From Escherichia phage AV126: a DNA stretch of 64,000 nucleotides. The position numbers and the translations under genes are program-made. The notes below the pieces were generated by a model, which ran no database searches, was not told the origin of the DNA, and worked only from the letters and a program-made list of their open reading frames with translations. Positions 17,980 through 27,788 of this stretch are shown one piece after another. The DNA lies in the sequence record OR352956.1; one strand, 5' to 3'. The stretch's first letter is position 1. Each line of letters begins with the position of its first letter.

Positions 17980-18591
17980 ATGATTCAATGCACTCATATC
18001 CAAATTACTTGGAGAGATGAACTTTACCATTTGGGACAATTTACTGTAGGGGAAACATACCCTATCATTAAACATAATCCTAACATCGCAAACTTTGACA
18101 GGATGGTTCTTGTTGAGGACGATCTAGGTCAAACTTATTCTTTAGATCTAAAATATCCGTTTTCTTACGGCTACGATTGGATCGTTACTTTTGAAGACGT
18201 GGAGGAAAATAAAACAATGAACGAAAAAAATTCTTGGTATTATCGTTGTGAACTGCCACCAGTAGGTGAAAAGGTTATCTTTGTCCCTGATTTGGAAAGA
18301 TATTCTTGGGACAGTTCTTATTCTGTTCCTAAAGAAGGCACCGAAGTTGAAGTTATTGCACATCGCACAACTTCGCATGGTAACGATGTAGCAGTTGTTT
18401 TCTGGGATGATGAAGGCGCTGCTTGTGCAGGTGGCTTTGTTGCAGGTAATTTTGAACCCCTGCCAGATCCTTTGAAGGAGGCAATTTTAGGCGTAGCTTC
18501 TTTTGGACTCTCTTACACATCTGCACAAGAGATCGTAGAAGGTATTTTAAACGGTACCGTTCCAAACGAAATTTTTAAACAGATTAAATAA
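17980..18591 (+). CDS. hypothetical protein (203 aa)
   Basis: GGGGGTGA SD. Confidence 0.55.
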   Translation: MIQCTHIQITWRDELYHLGQFTVGETYPIIKHNPNIANFDRMVLVEDDLGQTYSLDLKYPFSYGYDWIVTFEDVEENKTMNEKNSWYYRCELPPVGEKVIFVPDLERYSWDSSYSVPKEGTEVEVIAHRTTSHGNDVAVVFWDDEGAACAGGFVAGNFEPLPDPLKEAILGVASFGLSYTSAQEIVEGILNGTVPNEIFKQIK

Positions 18592-18597
18592 TAGTTG

Positions 18598-18625
18598 CAC
18601 CCCGTTCTGCGGGGTGTTATTGTAT
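18598..18625 (+). terminator. putative intrinsic terminator (CACCCCG-TTCT-GCGGGGTG hairpin)
   Basis: GC hairpin followed by T-rich tract. Confidence 0.45.
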
Positions 18626-18642
18626 ATGTAAAGGAGGCGCTA

Positions 18643-18981
18643 ATGTATTACACTGAAGACTACATATTGTATAACTTTTTTAAAGGTTGGTTGAAATGGG
18701 CGGAACAAGCTCCTGTCGGAGATTGTGTTTTTCCTTGGGATTCTCGTCAAGGCTTGTGTCGTTGTTTGGAAGATTGGCTTATAACCACAAACTACAATTC
18801 AGAAACTAAGAAATCTACATCAAACAGATTAAAAATGTTATTTGAAGAAGATGGTTTAGATCCAATTTATCCTTTCGGTGCTGAAAGCTTCCACAATGGT
18901 CTTTTTCTTGGCACTCAACATTATGACAAAGATCGCGTAGATTGGGTAAAAGAAAAGGTAGCACAGTATGAATGGGGCTAA
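18643..18981 (+). CDS. hypothetical protein, paralog family A (copy 5 of 5)
   Basis: ORF 18595..18981 trimmed to ATG at 18643 (AAGGAGG SD); conserved GLC...YPF...WVKEK pattern. Confidence 0.55.
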   Translation: MYYTEDYILYNFFKGWLKWAEQAPVGDCVFPWDSRQGLCRCLEDWLITTNYNSETKKSTSNRLKMLFEEDGLDPIYPFGAESFHNGLFLGTQHYDKDRVDWVKEKVAQYEWG

Positions 18982-19171
18982 GACTTATCATCGTTGGTTA
19001 GAAAGTTATATTAAGAAATGTGAACTTGGTGTTCCAGGTTATACTTACGACACGGACGAGATTCTTGATGAGATGGAAGTTTGGTTTAAAGAGCCTCGTG
19101 AACTATTGTCAAATATTCTAATGGCTTGGGATGGTACAGCACAAAGCATCGGAGGAGGTAGAAATGAGTAA
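18968..19171 (+). CDS. hypothetical protein (67 aa)
   Basis: ORF in operon context. Confidence 0.45.
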   Translation: MNGAKTYHRWLESYIKKCELGVPGYTYDTDEILDEMEVWFKEPRELLSNILMAWDGTAQSIGGGRNE

Positions 19172-19315
19172 GAAATTGTTTAATATTCGTGAGAACCGTG
19201 ATGGATCGTTCTCTGTAGTTAATGAGTTTAACGTTTCGGTTGGGACTTTTATTACTAAACGTCAAGCAGAACAAGTAAGAGATACTTTAAACAAGTAAGT
19301 TTTTAAGGGGGACTT

Positions 19316-19735
19316 ATGTTAGGTAAGATCAAAGCTTTTTTCAAACGTATTATTGAAGGAAGTCCAACAGAAGGTGCATTAGGAAGATCTCTAACAGGAG
19401 AACCACTTTCCATAATTTCTATCAGTCGGTATGGTGGATATTCAATTCGACAAACACCTTTAGGTATAGAAGGTAGTATGCTTTCTTGGACAATATCTCA
19501 AGTTGGTGATAACAGACTTGCAGCTATAGCGTTACTTCGTGGGGAGTATGACCACTGTTTATCAGCATCTTGTAAAAAGCACCTCATAGAGCACATTAGA
19601 GACAGAGTAGAAAGAGAAGGCGGATACTTCTTCGAAACTAAGAGAAACGAACAAGGAACTCTTGACTTCACTAAGGTTTACTGGGACAATCATACTCGTC
19701 AAACTGTTGAACAACTTCTGGAGGAAAGATGTTAA
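19316..19735 (+). CDS. hypothetical protein (139 aa)
   Basis: AAGGGGGA SD. Confidence 0.55.
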   Translation: MLGKIKAFFKRIIEGSPTEGALGRSLTGEPLSIISISRYGGYSIRQTPLGIEGSMLSWTISQVGDNRLAAIALLRGEYDHCLSASCKKHLIEHIRDRVEREGGYFFETKRNEQGTLDFTKVYWDNHTRQTVEQLLEERC

Positions 19736-19938
19736 AAGCTTTTGCTATATACTCTACTGTAGGATTCTTTTATTGGATTATAGTTATTGTCGGATGTTGG
19801 TTAGGTTCTTGTGTTGTGATGGGAGAATGGTTAACATACAATGTATTCGAATGGGATGTAGTTTGTAGATCATTACTTGTTATATGGACTGCTATTGTTT
19901 GTTGGATAACTGTTAGTCTAACATTAGATCTATATTGA
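19729..19938 (+). CDS. hypothetical membrane protein (69 aa, two predicted TM helices)
   Basis: hydrophobic, Trp/Cys-rich sequence. Confidence 0.45.
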   Translation: MLKAFAIYSTVGFFYWIIVIVGCWLGSCVVMGEWLTYNVFEWDVVCRSLLVIWTAIVCWITVSLTLDLY

Positions 19939-20231
19939 TTAATAGATGGTAGATAGATGATCATAGTTTATCTACCTTCACTTACGTTTCATACCTCACT
20001 ATCGTGAGTAACATGAAACATTATTATATAGAAATCTACTACTCGCTATCGCTCGTAAACATATGTTTAGGGTACCATACTTTTTTGAAAAAGTCAATGG
20101 TGACTCACCTATCAATTATCTGTTTAAGATAAGTCTTACCTATCAATCTAACTCTTAACTAGTATTGCACCTATAGTAAGACTATTCCTATAGTTATTAA
20201 CCCTCTTCTTCTGTAGAATGTAATTAGATCC

Positions 20232-20261
20232 TTGACAAACTCACAAAACTTGTGTTACATT
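20232..20261 (+). promoter_or_regulatory. sigma70-like promoter (TTGACA - 17 nt - TTACAT)
   Basis: consensus -35 upstream of gene 20299 after a ~360 bp intergenic gap. Confidence 0.5.
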
Positions 20262-20298
20262 GTGTCTCACAGGTGAATAATACCGAACAGGAGGAAGA

Positions 20299-20514
20299 AT
20301 GAGTTCCAATTTTCTATACAAAGCAAAAGATTCACGAGATGGAGAGAACCATTGGTGGTTGATCACAGAAGATGGTGTTATCATCCTACCGTGGGACGGA
20401 GAGACGAAAGTTCAAATATTAGAGAAAGTAAAAGGTGTTAGTTTTAATGTTAGTCATGATATAACAACTTTCAAAGCTTTTGCTATGAATCCTAATCTTG
20501 TTGCTGAATGGTAA
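20299..20514 (+). CDS. hypothetical protein, tandem paralog 1
   Basis: GGAGGAAGA SD; C-terminus NLVAEW matches the next gene. Confidence 0.55.
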   Translation: MSSNFLYKAKDSRDGENHWWLITEDGVIILPWDGETKVQILEKVKGVSFNVSHDITTFKAFAMNPNLVAEW

Positions 20515-20527
20515 TCCAGGAGAAAAT

Positions 20528-20746
20528 ATGACTAAAATGTATGCAGCCGTTGATAAGCTGGATGGGTCTGATTCTGTTTTTATTTTGAATAAAATGGGTG
20601 TCTTAGTTTATGCCCGAACTTCTCAAAACATAGAACACCAAGTGGAAGCAGCACAAATTTTAGAGCAAATAACCCCTCCATACCTATACTCAAATGTTGA
20701 GCGTTTTAACGATGCACTTGGTTTGACGTTAATAGCGGAATGGTAG
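20528..20746 (+). CDS. hypothetical protein, tandem paralog 2
   Basis: ORF 20498..20746 trimmed to ATG at 20528 (AGGAGAA SD); C-terminus LTLIAEW. Confidence 0.5.
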   Translation: MTKMYAAVDKLDGSDSVFILNKMGVLVYARTSQNIEHQVEAAQILEQITPPYLYSNVERFNDALGLTLIAEW

Positions 20747-20748
20747 TA

Positions 20749-20946
20749 ATGGCGAAAATGTTGGAAATTGATAATGTCGTAACAATCACTACGTCCATAC
20801 CTTGTCCTCCTATGCCTTGCCCCTATTGTGGTGGTGCAGGATATGTTATGGCGGACGTAGGTCAAATTTACGAGTGCAACCCGTGCAAAACCACAGGTTA
20901 TATCCAAATAGAATCAGAGGAGAAACACTATGAGCCAAAACGCTAA
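20749..20946 (+). CDS. zinc-finger mini-protein (DnaJ-type CxxCxGxG motif)
   Basis: CPYCGGAGY and CNPCKTTGY repeats. Confidence 0.5.
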   Translation: MAKMLEIDNVVTITTSIPCPPMPCPYCGGAGYVMADVGQIYECNPCKTTGYIQIESEEKHYEPKR

Positions 20947-21379
20947 AGAAAAAGAAGTAATCACGGTAATCCGTCAGATGGAAGGTGCCGAAAACAATGC
21001 TTTTGTTACTAAGATTCTTCTTAATATCTTTGAAGATGTTATTTTAAACAACCCTGGTCATAAAGATTATCAGTATGATGTTATGATGGGTGCTTTGCTT
21101 GAGATTAACAAAAACACTTTTGCTGAATATGAGCAACACATGCTTTTACCAGAGGAAGATCAGGATTATTTGTTATCTGGTGCTTTAAGTGCACAAGAAA
21201 ATTTCTACCACGTTCTTAATATGGCTTATGCAGATGAACTTGCTGTTTCCCTTGAAGAGCGTATTCAAATGGTTCGTGATGTGATGAATGAACAAATCCA
21301 AGAAGTTGAAGACTTGGTAGCAGAACCTTTAGCAGAAATTCGTGCAGCTATTGAAAAACAAAAAGGAACTCAATCATGA
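20930..21379 (+). CDS. hypothetical acidic protein (149 aa)
   Basis: ORF in operon context. Confidence 0.55.
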   Translation: MSQNAKEKEVITVIRQMEGAENNAFVTKILLNIFEDVILNNPGHKDYQYDVMMGALLEINKNTFAEYEQHMLLPEEDQDYLLSGALSAQENFYHVLNMAYADELAVSLEERIQMVRDVMNEQIQEVEDLVAEPLAEIRAAIEKQKGTQS

Positions 21380-21539
21380 TGCAAGTAGGTGATGTGGTTT
21401 GCCTTAAAGGTGCAAACAAACAAATGACAGTAATAGAAAGTTATGGTGAATCTTGTAAAGTAACTTGGTTCGATGAAAACGGGGAATTGCAACACGCCAT
21501 ATTCGATCAAAAAGCTTTGAGGAAGGTTGAAGAAAAAGA

Positions 21540-21803
21540 ATGAGCCATCCGTCAATATTTTTCTGTTTTGTAGATCTTGAAAACGAGTCTTTAATCGTTG
21601 ATAGTGAGGGTTACTTCACTTATTGGGAATCCGAGCACGAAACTATAAGTGTAGTGAAAGAAATTATGCAAACCAATCCAAGCCTACCAGCGCATAAGTA
21701 CGGTATTGCAAAAGTGTTTGTTACTAAAACAGAGTACACAAAAGAGCGAAGCACTTTGTACCATAATATTGAAGTGATTCACTATTTCAAAGATGTTATT
21801 TAG
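21540..21803 (+). CDS. hypothetical protein (87 aa)
   Basis: ORF in operon context. Confidence 0.5.
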   Translation: MSHPSIFFCFVDLENESLIVDSEGYFTYWESEHETISVVKEIMQTNPSLPAHKYGIAKVFVTKTEYTKERSTLYHNIEVIHYFKDVI

Positions 21804-21811
21804 GAGGTTAT

Positions 21812-22420
21812 ATGGAAGAGAAGATTTGGGATGGTAAAGATCCTTTAGAAGTTGGACACGTAGCGCGTGTCAAAAAATCTACTACAGGTCCTGGTTTTTC
21901 TGGTTTGTATCATATACCAGAAGAAGGTCAGCACGTTACAATTTTGGCTCGTGACAAACAAAACGGAGCAACGCCTGTGTGGATTGTTCGTTGGTATGAC
22001 AAAGATCTTAACATTTGCTTGTCACCTATTATGGCTCATTTGCTGGAAGCCCCTTGCTCTGAAGAAGCTCTAATTTTTGTTTCGGCTTTTCAGAAAGCCA
22101 CAGGTTTAACATTAGATGCAAAAGATGTGCAAAAAGCATTTGACATTATTCAGGAAGACAACGATACTACATCTAACGACGAACTGGTTGAAGTTACAAT
22201 CTTATCTTCAGCAGATATCCGAGAGATTGATAATTGTGATTTTCCAATCACATTTAAAATGTCGCAGAAAGACATGCAGTCATCTGGAAGTTGTTTTGGT
22301 ATACCTCGTTGGTTTTTTGATTCTATCAAAAATTCTACTACAGAGGGATCAGACTATGATCAAGATGACGTGCTTTGGTTCTTAAAAAACCGAGAGATTG
22401 TTCTCTCACCACTTAAATAA
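21812..22420 (+). CDS. hypothetical protein (202 aa)
   Basis: GGAGG SD. Confidence 0.55.
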   Translation: MEEKIWDGKDPLEVGHVARVKKSTTGPGFSGLYHIPEEGQHVTILARDKQNGATPVWIVRWYDKDLNICLSPIMAHLLEAPCSEEALIFVSAFQKATGLTLDAKDVQKAFDIIQEDNDTTSNDELVEVTILSSADIREIDNCDFPITFKMSQKDMQSSGSCFGIPRWFFDSIKNSTTEGSDYDQDDVLWFLKNREIVLSPLK

Positions 22421-22583
22421 GGAGAAATAATGGTTTCATTTATCGTAGGTGTAGTTGTAGGCTATCTTATTAACAAATATCAAGACGTTATCACGGCAAA
22501 AGTAAAAGACATTTTAGACTCATCTAAATAATCTATCAAAGCTGCATCTTCAATAGGTGCAGCCTTTTAAAAGGAGATATGGC

Positions 22584-22757
22584 ATGACTAAACGCACTGA
22601 TTTTAAATGTATGCATTGTGGGAAATCTTTTGGGGATCATCAAGCTCGCACATTCAACTGTCCACGTAAAGGTCGCGGAAATTTTAAAGGTTTTAATCCC
22701 GCACATGTTTATTCTCCAGATTACGATAAGCCAGAAGAAGAAAAATTTGTTATTTAA
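22584..22757 (+). CDS. hypothetical zinc-ribbon protein
   Basis: ORF 22557..22757 trimmed to ATG at 22584 (AAGGAGA SD); CMHCGK ... FNCPRKG motifs. Confidence 0.45.
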   Translation: MTKRTDFKCMHCGKSFGDHQARTFNCPRKGRGNFKGFNPAHVYSPDYDKPEEEKFVI

Positions 22758-22769
22758 TAAGGAGGTCAT

Positions 22770-23051
22770 ATGGAACTCGTTCAAGAATTGTATAATGCTT
22801 TAGGAGCAAAAGGAAAGGATTGGCCCGAACATGCGCTTATCGCTATAAGAGACTCCGATGGTGAGATTAAGTTCTCTAGTGTAAGTAAAGAACACATCGT
22901 AGAAAATGAGTTTGGTATTTACATGCGTGGAACTTATTGCTTATTCAACACCAGAATGGTAGAAGCCCCTGTTATTGAGTGTGGAACAAAAGATTGCCCC
23001 ACAATCGTAACAAAATCTGAATATGAGAAGTTTTTCTACGCTAAAGCTTGA
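22770..23051 (+). CDS. hypothetical protein (93 aa)
   Basis: AAGGAGG SD. Confidence 0.55.
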   Translation: MELVQELYNALGAKGKDWPEHALIAIRDSDGEIKFSSVSKEHIVENEFGIYMRGTYCLFNTRMVEAPVIECGTKDCPTIVTKSEYEKFFYAKA

Positions 23052-23094
23052 CACAGAAACAATACTATAGGATAGTGATTCTATCGTAGCAATA

Positions 23095-23118
23095 GAACCC
23101 GCTTCGGCGGGTTTTTTC
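23095..23118 (+). terminator. rho-independent terminator (AACCCGCTTCGGCGGGTT plus T-run)
   Basis: GC hairpin with TTCG loop followed by TTTTTT. Confidence 0.65.
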
Positions 23119-23142
23119 ATATCTGTAGCAATAGGAGGTCGT

Positions 23143-23373
23143 GTGTTAAATAAAATCGAAGAAGGTTGTATGGCATTTTTGGTAGATAACCCGTTTCCGT
23201 TTATGGTTAAGATCCATGTAGGAGAGTATTTAGGTAATGACGAATGGGATTGTAGTATCAATAGCGAAATGCACTACTACCAACCAACAATACTTAAGAC
23301 GGATCAAATGGCGCGTATCACAGTAGAGGATGAATTGATCATTGAGTTATACGAGAGAGCACTGCACAAGTAA
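23143..23373 (+). CDS. hypothetical protein (76 aa)
   Basis: AGGAGG SD; possible GTG start. Confidence 0.4.
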   Translation: MLNKIEEGCMAFLVDNPFPFMVKIHVGEYLGNDEWDCSINSEMHYYQPTILKTDQMARITVEDELIIELYERALHK

Positions 23374-23413
23374 GCTAGAACCCACCTAAATCGAACAGAG
23401 ACGCTCTAAAATA

Positions 23414-23448
23414 GAAAAGGCACCCACTTGGGTGCCTTTGTTTTATTC
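23414..23448. terminator. bidirectional terminator at the convergence of plus and minus gene blocks
   Basis: AAAGGCACCCACTTGGGTGCCTTT hairpin with T-tracts on both strands. Confidence 0.6.
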
Positions 23449-23715
23449 TTCGTTAGATTGCGTTTCAGATGCGTTAAATTCGGTTTCAGTACAACTTGCT
23501 AGGTAACTTATATTTTGCATCACTACAACTACAGGTGTTTGAAGTTTATCTTCTAGCCCCGCAGCCACTTGAGCCAAGGCATTATCAATATTTGATTTCC
23601 TAACACCTGTTCCATGTCCTGTTGCCAAGTAAAGATTACCTTCCCCTTTTTGTGTAGCATTAGCAAAGTAGTAAACGTAATGTGCAAGGTAGTAATCACG
23701 GATTTCTTCAGTCAT
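23443..23715 (-). CDS. hypothetical protein (90 aa)
   Basis: ORF at end of minus-strand block. Confidence 0.45.
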   Translation of the reverse strand: MTEEIRDYYLAHYVYYFANATQKGEGNLYLATGHGTGVRKSNIDNALAQVAAGLEDKLQTPVVVVMQNISYLASCTETEFNASETQSNEE

Positions 23716-23758
23716 TTTATTCTCCTGATAAGAAAGGGGCCGAAGCCCCTTGAGTGGT

Positions 23759-24559
23759 TTATTTGTTTAAATGGTCTTCAACCATTTTGATAAAGCCTTC
23801 ATCACTGAAGACTGTTCCTGCTTTCTCTCGGTAGACAAGCACTCCACGTTCTTCGTAGAGAGTTTGTTCTACAAAATTCAAACCTGGGTTAACTACTACC
23901 ATCTTAACCCCAATATTCAGGGCAGGGAAGAGTTCCCAGTTGAAGTTGATTACTTGGTTAGAGCAGCCTACAACGATAACCATATCTTGTGATGTTAGTT
24001 GATCCAGTTTGTGATACATGTCTGTGTAGAGTGGTGCATTCTCACCAAAAAACACCACATTAGGCTTCACATATTTGTAATCGTCTACATCAATAGCTGC
24101 GTAACCCACATCTTTGATAATTTTGTTATCAACAACAACTTCTGGCAAGAAGCCATGAACGTGCAATATTTCTTCTCTATCGATTCCAGCGCGTTCTAAT
24201 AGATCGTCAACGTTAGTAGTAATGTTAATAATCCTTTCTGCACCGTATTTTTCGAACCATTCTCCAATCTGAAGATGTGCTGGATTCGGGTCAACTTTCT
24301 CTAATTCCACGCGACGTTTATTGTAGAAGTCGTGAGTTTTACGGTAGAGGTTATATCCTTCCACATCTAAGCCACCCATAGCATCAGGAATACCCTGTTC
24401 TTGCTGATAACCGTCACGGAAGTTGAAAATGTCACAGACTTCTGTTAAATCGTATTCATCCCATAATGCCTTTCCAGAATCTGTTTCTGTGCGAAATGTT
24501 TGGATTCCGCTGTCAGCACTTAGTCCCGCACCACTAATAAAATATACACGTCTTGGCAT
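23759..24559 (-). CDS. Sir2-like NAD-binding protein (no zinc-ribbon cysteines)
   Basis: GAGLSADSGI Rossmann motif, sirtuin-like NITTNVDDLLERAG, HG and VVFFGE motifs; no CxxC pairs. Confidence 0.55.
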   Translation of the reverse strand: MPRRVYFISGAGLSADSGIQTFRTETDSGKALWDEYDLTEVCDIFNFRDGYQQEQGIPDAMGGLDVEGYNLYRKTHDFYNKRRVELEKVDPNPAHLQIGEWFEKYGAERIINITTNVDDLLERAGIDREEILHVHGFLPEVVVDNKIIKDVGYAAIDVDDYKYVKPNVVFFGENAPLYTDMYHKLDQLTSQDMVIVVGCSNQVINFNWELFPALNIGVKMVVVNPGLNFVEQTLYEERGVLVYREKAGTVFSDEGFIKMVEDHLNK

Positions 24560-25032
24560 TATTCGTCCTCCTCAAATGGATCATAAGAATCATATTCGTA
24601 AGTATCATCTTCTGAAAATTCTACTTCGAAATAAATATCAAACTCTGCAAACAGACGTAGGATGTTAGACATGCTATAATAATTATCGTAGGCAGATTCA
24701 GCTTCATAGTAAACATAAAGCAAATGGTTAGCCTTATCATCTTCCAAATATTTCCCGTCTGCATACGCATAGTCTGCATATGCTTTACCTGCATCTTCTA
24801 CAAGAGAACGATCAAGCAGAGTAGGAAATGGTTTCTCTTTTTCTTTTAGTTTGCTCACCAACCAATGTGCAATATCATTCCATTCTGCATCCATACCACT
24901 AAAGCAACTTGCTTCTTCTCCAAAAGAAGCTTCTCCTAAATCGCCACTAATACGAACAACATTAGATGAATTATAGCCACACGTTTCACAATCAGAGTAA
25001 CTATTATGCACATTGACATTTACTTGAAACAT
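24559..25032 (-). CDS. hypothetical acidic protein (157 aa)
   Basis: start overlaps upstream stop. Confidence 0.5.
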   Translation of the reverse strand: MFQVNVNVHNSYSDCETCGYNSSNVVRISGDLGEASFGEEASCFSGMDAEWNDIAHWLVSKLKEKEKPFPTLLDRSLVEDAGKAYADYAYADGKYLEDDKANHLLYVYYEAESAYDNYYSMSNILRLFAEFDIYFEVEFSEDDTYEYDSYDPFEEDE

Positions 25033-25090
25033 ATTCCCTCCTATAAAAGAAAAGCCCCCTGAAACAGGAGGCTTTGTTCAGATGTTGGCA

Positions 25091-25744
25091 CTATACCAGA
25101 CTTTGTAGGTATTTGTCAAGGGCTTCTTGATCACCTTGGCAAACATAGCAACGGAAGTCTTGAGCCGAAGGTTGTTTATTTTCATCCCAATCCCAATAAA
25201 CGTTACCTTTATAACGTGAACCAGGGAACTCAAAAGAGGCTGTATGTGTAATGTACCCTGGGCCACCAGTGAAATCACAGAATGAAAATTGAGGGTATGC
25301 CGCCTTTACTGCCTCAATAAACCAAGCTTTACGATCTAAGGCTTCATTGATGCTATATGCATGTCTCTCCATTTCTTCCCAAGTTTTCCAGACGCTTCTC
25401 TCATCAGGAGAGAAGACAAGCCATTCTGGAAGGTAGAGAGTGTCATAGTAATCATCATATTCGATCTCGGATGCGCACGAAGCTGACTCCTCCAACTTTG
25501 AGTAGTCAAAAGCGGAATATACCCACCAACCATCTTCCAGCAAGGCTTTGATAGGGACAAAACCTTTATCTGCATATTGATCAAATTGTTTGACACGGTG
25601 GCTTGTGCAGTCTTCAAACTCACATTCTAAACGATATGCACCTTTTCGACGAGCCTCAAGACCGTGTGTACTGAAAATAACAACACTTCCTTCACCATCA
25701 TTACGATCTACTTGATAAGCAACTACTGGTTTTGAATTTGACAT
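25091..25744 (-). CDS. hypothetical protein (217 aa)
   Basis: coupled to the MTase-like gene. Confidence 0.5.
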   Translation of the reverse strand: MSNSKPVVAYQVDRNDGEGSVVIFSTHGLEARRKGAYRLECEFEDCTSHRVKQFDQYADKGFVPIKALLEDGWWVYSAFDYSKLEESASCASEIEYDDYYDTLYLPEWLVFSPDERSVWKTWEEMERHAYSINEALDRKAWFIEAVKAAYPQFSFCDFTGGPGYITHTASFEFPGSRYKGNVYWDWDENKQPSAQDFRCYVCQGDQEALDKYLQSLV

Positions 25745-26427
25745 TATTTCTCCTTATCTAGAAGATTGTTAGACAAAAACACTGCACGAGCAAAACCACG
25801 TGCGGTTAGTGATCTAAGTTGTTTTGTTTTTGCACTGGCTCCGCCTAAGCTTTTCCAACCCCAGAAGCAGCCTATATGATCTACTGGTTTCTTCACTGGT
25901 TGAACAAAACCATTGCCGTGCCAAATACAAGTTTTCTTTGTATACCCATCACGGGTAGGCATTTTAGGATGAAAGCTTCCTTCCTCTTCAAACAAATACC
26001 CACCATACTCATAAGGATCAAAGTAAAAATCGGGTTTACGCCATAAGGTTGAAAGTTTACCTACTGGGTTTTCAATCATCCAAGGAACATTATATTTGTT
26101 ACCCAAAGCTTCCACTACACGAATATTAGCTAAAGCTTCGTCTAATTCCTCTGTGCTGCGTTCGTGTTTGCTACCACTACCTGCTAACATAGTGCAAGGT
26201 GGAAATCCAAAAATAATATCGGGTTTAGGTATTCCATGATCTTCAGGGTTGAATGTAGAATCTATCCAAGCATTCACATAGGTTATGTTTGGGTGTTCCA
26301 TCCTAACCTCGTATTTACCGTGGTCCCCTTCATCAGCGTTTACACAAAAACACTTGTGACCTGCTTCGGCATAACGTAACACCATGATCCCAGATCCGTC
26401 AAACATAGACAAAACTGTTTTACTCAT
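25744..26427 (-). CDS. DNA cytosine-5 methyltransferase-like protein (divergent, short)
   Basis: motif I-like FDGSGI, motif IV-like GFPPCT (PCQ position), motif VI-like ENPVG; start trimmed to ATG at 26427 with GGAGGG SD. Confidence 0.5.
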   Translation of the reverse strand: MSKTVLSMFDGSGIMVLRYAEAGHKCFCVNADEGDHGKYEVRMEHPNITYVNAWIDSTFNPEDHGIPKPDIIFGFPPCTMLAGSGSKHERSTEELDEALANIRVVEALGNKYNVPWMIENPVGKLSTLWRKPDFYFDPYEYGGYLFEEEGSFHPKMPTRDGYTKKTCIWHGNGFVQPVKKPVDHIGCFWGWKSLGGASAKTKQLRSLTARGFARAVFLSNNLLDKEK

Positions 26428-26833
26428 TACCCCTCCATTCAAGACAAGCCATAACTTTACGCCAATCACTTTCTGTAAGAAAAATCTCGTTTGCTTTCTT
26501 CCACAAATCTAGATCGTGAAGGGTTGGAATACGATATGTTAGTTCACAGAATCTATGTTCTTCTTCTGTAATATAACCAAAATGCAAAGCCACATCGTGA
26601 AACCAACACCAACCATGCATCTCTCGAACAACATGATCATGTTGAGACATTGTTTTATGACGTAAACCTAACCAACAAGGAACAGATACTTTAGTAGTCT
26701 TTAATCTGTGATCAACAGTATTAGAGTATTCAATAATAGCTATCAATTTCAATCGTGCTTTTTCTAAATCCTCATGCGGCACTTTGAAATAACTTTCTGA
26801 AAGATATCCACACATATTAATAACCTCCTTCAA
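26420..26833 (-). CDS. hypothetical protein (137 aa)
   Basis: coupled within operon. Confidence 0.5.
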   Translation of the reverse strand: MKEVINMCGYLSESYFKVPHEDLEKARLKLIAIIEYSNTVDHRLKTTKVSVPCWLGLRHKTMSQHDHVVREMHGWCWFHDVALHFGYITEEEHRFCELTYRIPTLHDLDLWKKANEIFLTESDWRKVMACLEWRGNE

Positions 26834-27758
26834 AAGGCTTAACTACATGTTGATTAGCTTTAAAACGTTCAACATAGTCGTTTTCACCCATGTTTTCATA
26901 TAGCTTAGTAACAACATAAAAGTTCTCCCAAGCATATTCCCTAAACCAACCACTAGTGATAGATGTGCAAACTTTAGATAAAGCCATCATAAAACTTTGC
27001 TTAGGGGTTGGACCTCCGATCTCTTCACCGAAAGGAATTTGTGAACGTTCCAAAGCCAAAACACACGCTTCTTCATAAACACCTAACAGGCGCACATGTT
27101 TTGGTTGAGCAAAAAACTTTTCTTTGCTGGTCATAACTTCACTTCCATCTTTCATATAAGATTTATATGCTGGAGCATCCATTACTGCGATTGCTTCATG
27201 AATAGAGTCATGATCATAAACATACGGAACCTCATCACCTTTAAAGAAGTCTTTACTTCTCACGTTTAAGTTTGGATGAGAGTAAGTATATGTTTCTTTC
27301 TCACGCAACTCATAAATACTCTTAAGATTTTCTGGGATCTTTGCGCCTAGTGATCGCATGAAATGAATATCTTTCATAGTTTTAAAGAAGTAAGGACTAT
27401 CCTTTTTAAAACGATGACTCATTTTAAGAAGGTAGAGCACATCTAAAGGAGCAACAACGTGTCCAGCGTAAGTTCGACGAATATCATCACAGTCTTCACA
27501 ATAACTAATCAAAGCTTCTGTGCTATTTCCTTGAGAAGCAATATCGTATTCCAAATGTGCACCCGCTATCATTTTGACATGGCCCTTGTTCCCTTTACGC
27601 TCTACAAGTTCAACAAACTCATCTTGAGAGAACATTTTTGATAATTCTTCCCACTCTTGTTCTGTACAGAGATAATCTAAATCTACACAAGGGCGATACA
27701 AGTCTTTTCCCATGTCCATAGCATGAATTTGTAATGCACGGCTACCAATTAACACCAT
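26817..27758 (-). CDS. hypothetical protein, possible Pol-beta-fold nucleotidyltransferase
   Basis: N-terminal IGSRAL ... DLDYL resembles the GS-x(n)-DxD nucleotidyltransferase signature; AGAGGAGAA SD. Confidence 0.35.
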   Translation of the reverse strand: MVLIGSRALQIHAMDMGKDLYRPCVDLDYLCTEQEWEELSKMFSQDEFVELVERKGNKGHVKMIAGAHLEYDIASQGNSTEALISYCEDCDDIRRTYAGHVVAPLDVLYLLKMSHRFKKDSPYFFKTMKDIHFMRSLGAKIPENLKSIYELREKETYTYSHPNLNVRSKDFFKGDEVPYVYDHDSIHEAIAVMDAPAYKSYMKDGSEVMTSKEKFFAQPKHVRLLGVYEEACVLALERSQIPFGEEIGGPTPKQSFMMALSKVCTSITSGWFREYAWENFYVVTKLYENMGENDYVERFKANQHVVKPFEGGY

Positions 27759-27788
27759 AATATTTCTCCTCTATTGGTTGATAGGTTA

